Part shown: positions 22,684 to 35,576 of the stretch, piece after piece
How the letters are laid out: every line of letters begins with the position of its first letter
Numbering within the stretch: position 1 is the stretch's first letter
Made by a program: the position numbers and the translations under genes
The notes under the pieces: model-generated
Database searches by the model: none
The model's input: the letters and a program-made list of their open reading frames with translations, nothing else
Told to the model about the DNA's origin: nothing
Source of the DNA: Phoronis australis
Taxonomy: Eukaryota; Animalia; Phoronida
Length of the DNA: 64,000 nucleotides
Direction: 5' to 3'
Assembly: GCA_002633005.1 (NCBI GenBank)
Contig: NMRA01000033.1
Location: forward strand, 952,611 to 1,016,610

Positions 22684-24139
22684 TACATGTACGTGCCGTA
22701 AACACTACAAAAGTTCGCTAACACAAACCATGAACTTGTATAACTAACAGATTTATGCTAAAACTATTATCAATTCCTAACAACCCTTTAGACGTTCCCA
22801 AGTTCGCTCCGATTCCATCCAGCATTAGTTCGCTAAGCATTTTAATAACAAAGCAAAGAATTCAGTGTTCTCTACAATGAGACAAATTATTGCCGGTAGG
22901 GCGTCCTCTTATCTGACGAATCATAAGCTGTGATTTGAAATTAATTACACGGTTCGTTGACCGAATCCCTTCTGTTCAACAATTACATAACGGCATTTTG
23001 ATGCTTTGATGGTTTTGTTACGTTTGACATTATTCAGACTTAATCATACCTCTTACATTTGACCAACCCCCAATTATCAAGAGTGAAAATTATTAGAGTA
23101 CCCATTACAAAATTGTTTGCTGGATGGCGATCGTAAATCTTACCCCTTTTTACCTTTCAATCAATTACTAACCATCTCTTGTGAACTGTGTATGTTGATA
23201 ATGTTTAAGGCGTAAGAAGTAATAAGACAATTTTGTACATCAAAAGAAGGATGTGTGATTAAAATTAAATATAAATTGAAACCATTATCGACAACTTCCT
23301 GACTACGGAAAATTAGCGCTCATTGTCAAGTTCATTCTCGTTCAATTAGCGACGACGAGTCTTTGTTTTGAATTCGTCCTCGTCACGTGCTGTCCTCTGT
23401 CTACCAATTCCGTGAGTGGGTGCAGAAACAAGATTGAATAGCAAAAACTGAATGTGTAATCTGCAGATTCACCATGATTTAAACAGGCAATAAAGCCGTC
23501 CCTTTAGGGTTTTCAAAAACAATTCGATTTAGGCATCTTACAACCGTAAAATCGGTTTCATTACCTGTTCATTGAAAATGACAAGAACTAGCAGTTCTGT
23601 AGTTTAGACCGAGCTCATGAAGTGTGCTTTTTTACTGCGGGTCAGATTCAGTCGCGAGGCGGCTTGCCCATGAGAGCAATTTCTTCAGGTGTTTTACAGC
23701 AATTAATTTTAATTGAAGCAAAAGAATAAGAACACGATGCCGTAGGCTTGCGAAGAAGTTCGTTTTAGACACAAGATTATGGTTTAATGGCGGCTTTACT
23801 GAAGTGTTTAGGGCAACCGTTACTAACGCGTCTGACAGTCACCATTAGATACATTATGATGAGTCGTAATATGGAAAATTTTGAAAGTTGAACACGTCGT
23901 CAGTTATTTTCTTTCCTCTCTTTTCCAATTATGAAATGCGCGGCTTTATTGATAGTATAGCGCGGCTATTCTATCTACTGCACATGCATGTATCGTCTTT
24001 TTGCTGACGTCGGAGTGTGAGGTTTTTGTTATCAAAACGCGACCTTTAAGAGCGTGTTGTCCTTTTTAACTTCTGAAAGTAGTCCTGGATTACACAACGA
24101 ATCTCGATGTATTTACCCACAATGCCGTAAACATACGTC

Positions 24140-24412
24140 AGGCACATTTGCTGACTCGTTTTCGTGCCACTGCAATTTTACATTTTATTTATTGCTGTTT
24201 GATTCTTTATACGTTTTTCTCGGTTGCATAACTCTATTCGTCCTTCCAATGTCAACGAAGTATTAGGCTTCTGCTGTGCTGTGGGCTGCAACTCTGACGT
24301 GAGAAAGTTTGATAAACTGGACAAATGCCCGTGGATGCGTGATCTGAAATTCTTCGCCGTCCTGACTTCAATGAGAGACACGAAAATGTCTCTGATTTCC
24401 ACAACGAGGTAG
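24140..24412 (+). pseudogene. THAP zinc-finger N-terminus remnant (transposon-derived)
   Basis: MSTKY*xFCCAVGCNSDVRKFDKLDKCPWMRDLKFF; homologous to 40120-40290. Confidence 0.55.
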
Positions 24413-25129
24413 TGCCCGGGACAAAGGAGTGTTCTGTCGCCGTCTAATCCGGGACGGCGCTTTTTGAAGCCTATCGCCGGGACTTACCGCCGGATCACAT
24501 ACTAAATAGTTTCATTGTTGCAGCGTCCTATTGGCCGAATTTTAGGGGTTGGCCACGCTTGAGGGCAGCTTTGAGGTACTGAGACATCAAGATTGCATGA
24601 AGGCTCAGTTAACTTGGGCGTTTGTTTGTATTTGTGAACATGTTGGGCATGTGAAGAAGACCCTTTGCTCGGTTGTGGCTCTTGGGCGCCCTCTGTGGCA
24701 TTTGTGTATTGCTGGGCAGCGACTAAGAAATCGGCTACGATTTCAGGTAGCCCTCAAACAACCCAGAATTGCAAACAATTGGACTACACTTTTGGAATTT
24801 GTAGGGAATTTGTTTTCAGAATCTAATGTTGGCTTATGTTGCGCATCGGCAAGGAAGTGGTAGTTTTGGGGTGAAAAGTGCTAATCATGTGTTTTGAGTG
24901 CCCTTTTACTTACATGTAGTCTACCTAGCGTTTCAGTGGGAGTACAAGGGCCAAAAATACAAGACACAATAAAGTTTCTGTGCCCATTTGTTAGGATTGT
25001 GATGTGAAATGAATGTTCATTCTTTGCAAACAGTTTTCGACAGAGTGAAGTCAAAGTGACAAGACCACTCATGTGTGTTTTGCTAAGAAAAATCCAATGA
25101 AAGCTGTTTTTGCCCCTTATTAAAGGAGA

Positions 25130-25210
25130 GAGCGTACAAACTCAGTGGCTTGAGCACTTCTGCCGGATTTCCGTTGGAGGGACCCGGTTTCAGTCCTGGC
25201 TCACACTGGT
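25130..25210 (+). mobile_element. Possible degenerate tRNA-derived SINE head
   Basis: A-box-like ctcagtggcttgagc and B-box-like ggtttcagtcct at tRNA-like spacing; no intact cloverleaf. Confidence 0.35.
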
Positions 25211-27700
25211 AGAAAATCAAGCATTGTAAGGCAAACGTGTCTCCTGTTCCTCTGACCTCGTTATTTGTAGTGAATGTATTCAATGGGAGCGACTGCACAT
25301 GAGCATAGTGCGAAAGCGATTTCCGTGGTTTAGGATTAAGATCACAGTACCCCGTAGCTGATTTTGACGTCATCAACTGGCTTGGGTTAATCAAAGCCCT
25401 TGTTTGCACAGCTGTCGCGAACACCTGAAAAAGGCATAACTGACAAAAAATACTCTCTATGGGATTTCTAATAAATGGAGAAATTTAACAAAACCATGCC
25501 TATTCACTTTGCTATATCCACCTTTGAAAACAAATTGAGATGCCAAAAATGTCGAAAAAAAAGTGCAATTTTGGTCATTTTTGTGTTCTAAAATAGCAAT
25601 TTCAAGAATGCCCCGATGCAAGAAAGGAGACCATCATTCGAATGTTCTTCCACTCTATATTAAAAAATTAGGTTAAAATATGTCATTACAAACAAGATTT
25701 TTGATCATTTCCACTTGTCTGAAGGGTATCTGGATTCGCACCAAGAATTCAAAACTCAAGAAGGACATGCTCTCAAAATGGCGGAGCTCAAGTTCCGTAT
25801 CTAGAAAAGACCACAGGCTACTTTTCTGGGCTCAGTTTACCCAAAACAGCTTCAAAAACTACTGAATACCATTCGTAGCAATCACTTCACATTTACTTCA
25901 CAAAACTGCCGTTTCTTCATTTTTGGGGGCAGCTACACACGCATCTACTGTGGCCTTAGACCGCATTTTCTACAACTTTCCATGCACAATGTGCCAGTGT
26001 AATACTATAGCGACATTAAGTCTCCAATCAAAATTGGAATATTATTATTACTTGCTAGTCACAGCTCCAGTTCTTATTTATAGCGTCACACAAAAATTGA
26101 ATGTGTTTCCTGTTGAACAAAGGTCAGGAGGTCAAAATTTTCGGCATATTTGGATTGTCAACGATTTCAAAAAAAAAAAATCAAAGCCTCGCAGGCCGAT
26201 TCCACCATGGACAGTAAATAAGATTTGGTTCAATGACGTACATAACCTTCATATACTGGACGTTTGGTGGAGGTGGGTGAATATTCTTTTTCATTTTTTG
26301 TAAAACACCCTCGGATTTCGAAACACGCATTCAAACTCACTGGTGATTCCAATAGCCGAACCGACCTCCGCCGGCGACTTTCGAACACATAAGGTAGTGT
26401 ACTAGACAAGTTGATGCTCTGACGGGCTCAGACACTTTCTACAAGGGAACAGGTAGCTGCAGAAATTAATCGTCTCGTTGTTTTTTGAAACTCAAGAAGA
26501 TAAGAAATAATGCACTGTCTCTTAGTTCGTAGTTAATGTAATGGCTTGCAAAAGGCTGCTTGGAGGCGAAAACTGTCGATTTGGCGTATTTCTGTGCGTT
26601 TTTAAGCATCTGGCAGCACTGGTACAAAAACTGACTTTGGAATCGCTTTCAATTGACTTTATGCAGGATTTCTAAGTGGCCCAGATTACTGTTCAAATTT
26701 CAGGTTTTGTAAATCCTATGGAACAGACTGTTGAAGCTGCCAAGCCGCTGTTTTTTCAAGCCGTCTAAAAATCAGCAAAAACTATTCAGTAACAGCACAC
26801 AATCTGTTGAAGTACCCGCTGTGTTACTTTCACACCTTAATTAATGGACTAACTGATCTTCCTACAGATTTTCACAGCATGTAGCCATTATTTGATATAA
26901 CAAGACCCAAATTAATTAACACAATTGCTCATGTCATGTTAAACTCATAGTGCGGTTACTCGGGTTTCAGACATTTCCATCACTTTTATGAAACTTTGCA
27001 AATCAGACCACATGAGCAATAGATTAACTATGCTATGGATAAAGGATTTGCACAGAGCCCAATTATTTAACATTAATTTAAGAATAGGATTATGGGGAAA
27101 CTCGAGCGTTTCCAAATGAAGTTACGGATGGCAAGCTAGCCTACTACGAAAAATATAACTACAGGTATAGCAGGGAATTATCGAGTACTGCCAATTTGAA
27201 TTTTTCACAGTACTGAGATTTAATCATCCAGGACCCTATGCAAACCTATAGTTAGGAGGGTTCGGGAGGTTTAATTAGATTCCTGAAGAAAAGCTTGTAG
27301 CAAAACGTCAAAAATGAGTTGCGGTAGGGTTGACTTTAGGAAAAGCATACTAAAAATAGGGTGAATTGCATCGTCAGGCAGGAGAACTTTTGTCACAGCG
27401 GCAATAGTGTCGTTCCCATGAGAACTCTAATGCAGTAATGGTCTGATATAACGTGCCCGAATTTTGTGAACCAGTTTTCCCCACTAAATAACGGGCATCA
27501 AACTGGTTCTCAAAATGCGAGACGATATATCGGACTATTGCCCATGGAAGTAATCCAGTTATATTTTCCGTTAAAGTTTCATTTGGAATTTTTTATTTGG
27601 GTTGGAACACAATTTACCCGGTACTCTGCCACTCCGCCAAGTTTGCCTGGATTAATACCGAAAAATTTCATTCACGAGTCACCACGTTTTGTTCACTCAA

Positions 27701-28110
27701 TTGACCTATCGCAAGCTCCGCCAACTTGTGAAGTCACAGACAACGTGTTGCTTGTCGGGTAAAATGGAGGCTTGGAAACGCATACAAAGGTGTGTCAATG
27801 ATGTTGCGTTAATCTGATTGCTCAGTTAAGCCGTCAGTCAAAATCCTGGTGCTAGGTTGACCCTATAGCTCATTGGGTTAACCTACCGCAGGCTCCGCCC
27901 CTTTGTGAAAAATCATCCGACAACGTGCTGTTTGTCGGGTAAAATGGCGGCTTGGAAACACAAACGAAGGTGTGTCAAGGATGTTGCGTTCTGATTGCGC
28001 AGTTAAGCCATATCAGTCAAAATCCTGGCGATAGGCTGACCTTATAGCTCATTGGGTTGACCTATTGCAAGCTCTACCGCGCTGTGAAAAGTCAGTCAAA
28101 ATCAGTCCTG
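27701..28110. repeat. ~178-bp tandem repeat, ~2.3 copies
   Basis: gacaacgtg..tgtcgggtaaaatgg.ggcttggaaac...cagtcaaaatcctgg...tatagctcattgggtt repeated. Confidence 0.85.
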
Positions 28111-30530
28111 GCGGTAGTTCAATTAACGTTCAGATGATATCTGCTGTTGACGCATGCGCAGTATTGTGCTGTCTGTGGTACACATAAAGCGTCAATGCCA
28201 GCCAATAAGCGTGACGAAAATATCGCAATTCTGGCCGTCAGGCCCAGGAATCCTTAGAGGCACGATCTTTTCTGGTAATTAATCCCGTTAATTTTTTTTA
28301 AGTATTTTGGAAGTTTCGAAATACATCGGAACGTTGATCGGAGGTACATAGACGGTGGTAATACATGGAAAGTCAGCTACTACATGTACATGTTTAAACC
28401 ACCGGTTTCAGGCTATAGCTATGCATTTATAGTTCAGCGGACGACTTGTGTTCCCTCAGTTAGAGGTCTCATCAAACTCCTAGTGTCAATTATTGCTGGG
28501 GTTATAATTTTCACTAAACAGTTGCATGCGCCGTAGCTAGCCTACAGTTAATTGCTGTACATGTACATGTATGTGCTACAACCGCCCGACTCCACAACAA
28601 TGCAGGTCTTGAACAGCAGGCCATGTTTTCAAATCCGGACTGGGATACTGTTTGAATTGATCACGTTCATTGAAAACTGCAATTGCAACGTACACGCAAC
28701 TCTCCTATTGTGCAATGCATCCTAAAGGTTGATCGTTCTATGACTTCTCTCGAGGATTATGTTCTAAAGCCCTTTTTGCAGTGTGGGAAGGTGTGTGTGT
28801 GTGTGTGTGTTGCTTGCTGGGACAGAACCTTACTCCGAGGTGATGAAGGAGACCTGGATGTCATTGGTATGTCGTTGCATCTAGACCAACTCTGTTTATC
28901 ACACTGTGACTGGACTCAAACTGAGGAGACAAGTTGTTCAGTGCAAAAGTACCGACGTTCAATGAATTGATTTCGCGAGCCCCTTTCGACGATTTCCGAA
29001 ACTATTACACGTGTCACATGTATGAATTGGGTTGTTTTGATTTGGCTTTGAAAGAACAGTTATACATTGGCCACACGAAATAGAGTAAGTAATTCTTTTT
29101 CTGTTGATACGACTTGTTTTGCACTTAATCTCTGGAATTGGGAGAGATGTTTCGTAAATTATAAAAATTGTATGCTTAAGGCAAAGTCACCTGTGGTGAC
29201 GATTTTGAATGTCAAATTAAATACATAAAAAGTGAAATTCACATAATTCTAAAGGGACAGTACCTATAGATGAAGCATATTTTAAGCTAGAATTCCCATT
29301 GAAAATGGACGCATATTTCTATTCCCGTTTCTCGGTGACGAAAATATCTTCTTAAAAATATTCCGCGTGTAATATGTGTTCTCTGAGGTTAACTTGCTTA
29401 ATTTCAAACAAACTGGTTGGCATCGATGTTCCTGAAAATTCCCATATTGCATGTGGTTTGAGACATCCTCTCTTTGTACGAGAAGTTCAAGTCGAGACAA
29501 AACGATTCTGTGCCCGCCGCTTTTTCACCCCAGATGTATGTACAAAACCAGCAAAATACTTACATAATCGCCGTGATCAATACACTTGACATGACGTACT
29601 CATATCCATTTCGCAAAACCTGCACAATTTCGCTCACAAATATACATTTTCAATTTTAATCAATTTTCGAAACGGACAATTGAGAACGTTTGGGCATCGA
29701 TCGCACTAAACCATCTGTAGCGAATGTGGGTAATTGAATAACTATCAACAGGTATTGTTTTAATGTAAAATAACTATAATTTGAAGCTGATCATGGTTCG
29801 CGCATGCGTGTAGCTTTGTGTCTTGATTTGGTCATTGGACACAATGCTTCTGGAGATTGCAATACTTTTGCTATTTGGGATCTCAGTCGGAGCGAACCCA
29901 TTCATTGACGCGCGGTAAAACGCTACAGGTGTGATCGTTGTGACCAGGTGGAATTGAATAAGGCATTGCACAAATGAGCACGACAGTGCGTTTGTCTCGT
30001 CTGTCACGAGATCGTCGGTGAAATAAAATTTTACTGCGACTTTTATGGACAACGATTAGGTTTATTTATCGTACAAATTTCAAACAGTAATCTCGTTCGC
30101 AATTTTCCATGGCAGGTGCCATAAATTACCCGTGTCAGGTTTGTTGCGAAGCAAACGTCTCAACAAAATATAGTATGGTGCATCTTTAATAATTAACGCG
30201 ACAGCGACGAAACGTCACGTTTCACGTTGCCTCTCTACATATCAGCTTCTGGTTTCGATGCTCTGGTTTGTAACGGAAATAAAATCCGATCACGTTAAAT
30301 AATGCTATGAGACTGGTTTTAAGAGAATGTAGGCCTAACTCTTCATTTACAGTCAGCTGATCAAAACTGTCGACTCTCTGCGTAATTCATAGGCAATGTT
30401 TTGGGGTTTGGGCTAGGAGGCCATGACCGCTGTATGAAATAAAAATGGAAAGAAAAATAAAAAAACGCGGCTGTTGCGAACGTTTTAAGATTATTGCAGA
30501 CGTTTACACTATGGACACTGAAGAACCCCC

Positions 30531-31901
30531 CCCCAACAATGTCCTAGATCCGCCAGTGAAGTTTATTGATTACGTAAAGCTATATTCAGTTGAGCTATAG
30601 GGCTACTTTGAAGCCGGTAAAATTTTGCCAAGTTCAAGGTAATCCAAATTGAGACTGAACCGGTGTACTAAGCCAAATTGACACTTGTATGGGCTCCATT
30701 CCGACCACAGTATAACCATAGACAACAAGAAGTTTTAGCCCTAAGTCACGACCCGACTTTTTGTGACACGTCATTAAATTAAATCAAAATAAAACAATCT
30801 ACCAACGGGATGTCCAGAGGTTATACTAGTCACATCACGGAAGCGACATGTTCATCGACAATTCTAAACACCTGTATATGTATGAAAAACGACCCATGTA
30901 CATTCACGTGGATACATAATAATGAGTGCAAAAACGACTTAATTGTTGATGTACGTGCGCGTATGTCTTTTTCTATACTACACATGCCGATGATTACTGG
31001 CTTGTTGATCAGTTTTTTGCACACTTTTGCTTTTTTCCGGAATCATGAAAGGCTATCACATGAACGCAAAACACTCCAGAAAACATTCCGGAAATTTTTG
31101 TATTAAATTCCCTCATAAACAGAACTTACATTGCAGCCTATGTGTATTTCAAGTTCTCGTCTTTCGACATTTGCGCTGTTTTAGAGGAGAGTTTTTGGCA
31201 CGCTATGCACCAGCTNCCCCAACAATGTCCTAGATCCGCCAGTGAAGTTTATTGATTACGTAAAGCTATATTCAGTTGAGCTATAGGGCTACTTTGAAGC
31301 CGGTAAAATTTTGCCAAGTTCAAGGTAATCCAAATTGAGACTGAACCGGTGTACTAAGCCAAATTGACACTTGTATGGGCTCCATTCCGACCACAGTATA
31401 ACCATAGACAACAAGAAGTTTTAGCCCTAAGTCACGACCCGACTTTTTGTGACACGTCATTAAATTAAATCAAAATAAAACAATCTACCAACGGGATGTC
31501 CAGAGGTTATACTAGTCACATCACGGAAGCGACATGTTCATCGACAATTCTAAACACCTGTATATGTATGAAAAACGACCCATGTACATTCACGTGGATA
31601 CATAATAATGATTGCAAAAACGACTTAATTGTTGATGTACGTGCGCGTATGTCTTTTTCTATACTACACATGCCGATGATTACTGGCTTGTTGATCAGTT
31701 TTTTGCACACTTTTGCTTTTTTCCGGAATCATGAAAGGCTATCGCATGAACGCAAAGCATTTCAGAAAACATTCCGGAAAATTTTGCATTTAATTCCCTC
31801 ATAAACAGAACTTACATTGCAGCCTATGTGTATTTCAAGTTCTCGTCTTTCGACATTTGCGCTGTTTTAGAGGAGAGTTTTTGGCATGCTATGCAGCAGC
31901 T
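30531..31901. repeat. 686-bp near-identical tandem duplication around a single N (31216), probable assembly artifact
   Basis: The two copies differ by a few SNPs; the junction is an N. Confidence 0.85.
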
Positions 31902-34642
31902 ACTGCAAAATACAATTTCCTTGACTTTTATTTCTTACAAGTCTTTGGAATCGCGGGTACTGAGTGTATTTATATCCTGCAATCAAGACTCTTCATACTT
32001 AAATAATCTGAAACGATCACTCATCCGTTGACTGTAATTATACTAAAATTGATAGCAGGCACCAACACTGATGAGAAAAAGCTTTTTCAATTAAAAATTG
32101 CAGCCGAAGTCGAAACAGCTCTACCTGGCAGCCCGAAGCATGAGTTGTAAATCTTTAATGACCAGCCGTCAACGATTTTAGTGAATCAACAAAAATATTT
32201 GCTTTACGCCATAGCCCTACATGTACTCTAGCTGGAAATTAAAAACTATTTTGCTTGGGAAGAACTCAAAAGCCGGAGTTCATAGGTGAGTGCTTTGCGA
32301 AAACACACAGTCTGACTGTTGAGCCAAATCCCGATTTACGAGATGATGTCAACGTGTAATTCAATTCTAACATCAGGATGAGAAAACCATAGCACTGTTT
32401 GACACTGAGCGTAAAACGTCTCTTCAGAAGGGTAGCCTTATCATCAAAACCAGCGTACAGCATTAAGTGACTATATGTAAGCTGTTACCACGACTACAGC
32501 TAATGCTAAGCGACCGTGACACAAACACCAGTCTGTGACAACGCTCCAACCATTACGGATTAACGACATTTACTTCCCGTTTGCTGCTGACCAGTCGCTA
32601 ATTTGAATGCTTTTCAATCCGCCAATGAACGGTCGACCAATTTTATATAAAGTTTTTCGTGGAGCGACATCGAGTTTAATCGCGTTCAATTTTCTCGACA
32701 ATCGATATCTGCGGCATTTTTTTCGGAAATGGGAAGAAGTCTTTACGACTTTGTTTTTGATTCACGGTGTAGGTGACGGCTTAAAATAATAGCAAACGTT
32801 CAGGGTTATGCCCAGTCATTAAATAGCAATCGAGCGAAGCGCAAGGTTTTACAGTCGCGATATCACATAAATAGACGCGTGACAACTTTAACGTGTAGTC
32901 TCCGTAACATTTTCCGGATATGGTTTAAGTGGAGACTGAGTTTGATAAATGTGTTCAAAACTCTCAAACTGCTGGGAAGTTTTCAAGGTTTAAGTGCAGG
33001 CGAGACTTGACTATATTACACGGGTTTGGTAATCCTCAGACATCTTCAGCCTAAAGGTTTGTCGACAAGGTAGGTTAATAAGCGATGTTCCAACTAACCA
33101 ATCTACATGGCTGCGTTCTGAAATAGTTTTATTTTCCCCTTCGTTGAGAGATCATCGACGAACGTTTTTCCATAAAAACATGAATTCCGACTCACGGAAT
33201 TGCGGGTTTAGAGAAGATGCTGACACTTGAACAGTTCTCCAAACCTGAGACAGACCAGAATTCAAACGCCTTGTTTTGTAAATTACGTCCCAAGACGGTA
33301 GAGTTTTCAATTGCGTCCACAGATACATGTACGGCTCAAGGTTTCTGTTTGCCTACAGCTTCCCTAGAAGTCGAAAACAATCATTGCTATAATTCATATC
33401 TTTGACATTTTTAGAGCATTTGGCCCATGAAAATGTTTACACCTAAACGCTGTAACACGAAAGGAAATAGATAGCAATACACAGTGTATATGTTACTTAT
33501 TTTCTTGAAAGAGCATTCCGTTTTGTGTTCCTTCAAACACATTGAGGACAATCCTATTTGGGGAACCGGTTTCGAAGTCGAGTTGTCATTTAGTAATTTC
33601 TAAACGGCCAGTTGTCGGCTGCATTATTGTCAACACATCCACACATGCGATTTATACCGTTTTAAACAGCGACCCCTTTGCTTGTTGACCTTGCAGAATA
33701 GGGGAAGACAGGCATGTCTAAAACTTGTAATAGGGGAGAAAAATAAATCACGTAATTGCAATCAACGTAGGACTGACCAGGTTGGCAATTATGTGCAACC
33801 GCCATGACAGGCATCAATCAAAGTTTGTTTCGCCCGAGTTCTGCTCGTGTGAATAGTCCCTCAGAATCTGGGCTGTTCGTATGTATGTATGTACGTGTGA
33901 CCATCTGAGACAGTGCATAGGATGTGAATAAATTGACGAGCTTTATTCTTTTTTCGGGCAAAAAGGTTGAGAAGCACGGTTTAAAAGGCAGGCTTTGAGG
34001 TCACCAAAACAAGGTGAACCTTTTAAAGGTGACAAAATTTAATCAATCTTTTCTTGACCCAAGTGCAGTGGTTCAAGGTAACTGGCAACTGACGTCATCA
34101 ACAAGTTTATTAAGTGCAACGTATGGTGACGAGGTGCAAGCTTGCTTCATCACCAAAACTGAAACTCGGACTGCTGAAGGGAAGGGCGGGCCTAAAACCG
34201 AAAGGGTCGGCGAGAAAAGCGAAGAACGTACCTTCAAATGGGAAGGACAGACCCCGAAATGGAAGGACGGGGTTGTGATGGGAAGGACGGACCGTTCCCT
34301 CCGATCTGAGATCGCGCTACTGAATTGCATCGCTTCGACGCGTGTCAAACGCTAAAATTTTATTCTTTTCGTCGCCACAGCAGGCCTACTAAATGTTAGC
34401 CTTGATGCAAAGCTGTACGAAAATATAGTCGCCAAAAGGCTTCGTTTTCACTTTCTGTCATACACAAGTAGCTTCTCGATGGCTAACTACAGATATAAAC
34501 CCGCACAAAAACACGAGATCATTCATCACAACACTACACTGTACATGTATCTGCTGGTTGTGCGAAATGAAAATGCTGAAAATGCTAATACATATAGATT
34601 ATTACATGGCGAAGTGGTTATCCTCCGTTATCTAGAGCCCGA

Positions 34643-34708
34643 GTGGATTTTGTAGAATTATCGCCCGAGGGGCGCTAGCCCCGAGGGTGATAATTCTACA
34701 AAATCCAC
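34643..34708. repeat. Near-perfect hairpin (possibly a Crypton-like non-autonomous element remnant)
   Basis: gtggattttgtagaattatcgccc...gggtgataattctacaaaatccac. Confidence 0.8.
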
Positions 34709-35524
34709 GTAGTTTTCAATTTTGTTAATTGAAACCTATCAACTTGCAGACGAGATCATTACCTCTTTTCCTTAGACTGCGTTTAAACAGTTACTTGCGG
34801 GTTTTGCATAGCCCACATGTCGCGGGCCCCTAAGTTCTGTCATTACCCGGTTGCTCCACTCAAAATTTCAATATGGCGTCGCTGCAAATCCGCTATTGGA
34901 GATACTTAGATCCGGTCAGATTACATGCATGTATCTCCAAATAGGCCAATGTAACACATGTGGCATTTTCTGAAGGAAAGACATATTATCTTGTAATATC
35001 TGGCATCAAAGGCGATGCCAAGCGACCATCTCTGCTTTTGATAACGAGGCTTCATTTCTTCTATTCCCCTTTCTCCTAAAATTATCTCTGTGCCGAACAT
35101 TTTTAACAGACTCACAAAATGTTGTTTGGTGACCCGACTCGTAAACGAGACGGTCTCGCCACCTGGTGGTTGGGTGAAAACTGCCAGCATTGAAACTGTT
35201 CCGCTTTATTGACGTGAATGTTTATTAAAAGTGCGTTGCTTATCATCCTGTGTTTGCCAAAGCAAACTGTGAACGACAAATACTGCTTAATGCGTACCCT
35301 GAATACATTGGTCTTCTTTATCCTTTTCATCGTAATCAACAATGCTATTTTTGTTATGTTTTGTAATTAATATAATAATTTTCTTTTGACAAATTGCATC
35401 CGTCAACGCATGATAATTGCGGTCACTGGTGACATAAAATTAAGTAAATTTAACACTGCACAAATTAAGGAGTGTTGACATGCGCTGGATTGGATTTTGT
35501 AATTTTCTTGAAAGTTTTTAAACT

Positions 35525-35576
35525 TTGAAGACGCTTCATATTATCACTTAAAAGTGATAATATGAAGCGTCTTCAA
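35525..35576. repeat. Perfect palindrome, 25-bp arms, 2-nt spacer
   Basis: ttgaagacgcttcatattatcactt-aa-aagtgataatatgaagcgtcttcaa. Confidence 0.95.

Noticed and set aside
25130-25210. tRNA gene
   Set aside because: Only degenerate A/B boxes and no full cloverleaf; kept only as a possible SINE head
30810-31804. Duplicated 98/102-aa ORFs as tandem paralogues
   Set aside because: They lie in a duplication centred on an N (likely artifact), with no recognisable domain or splice structure
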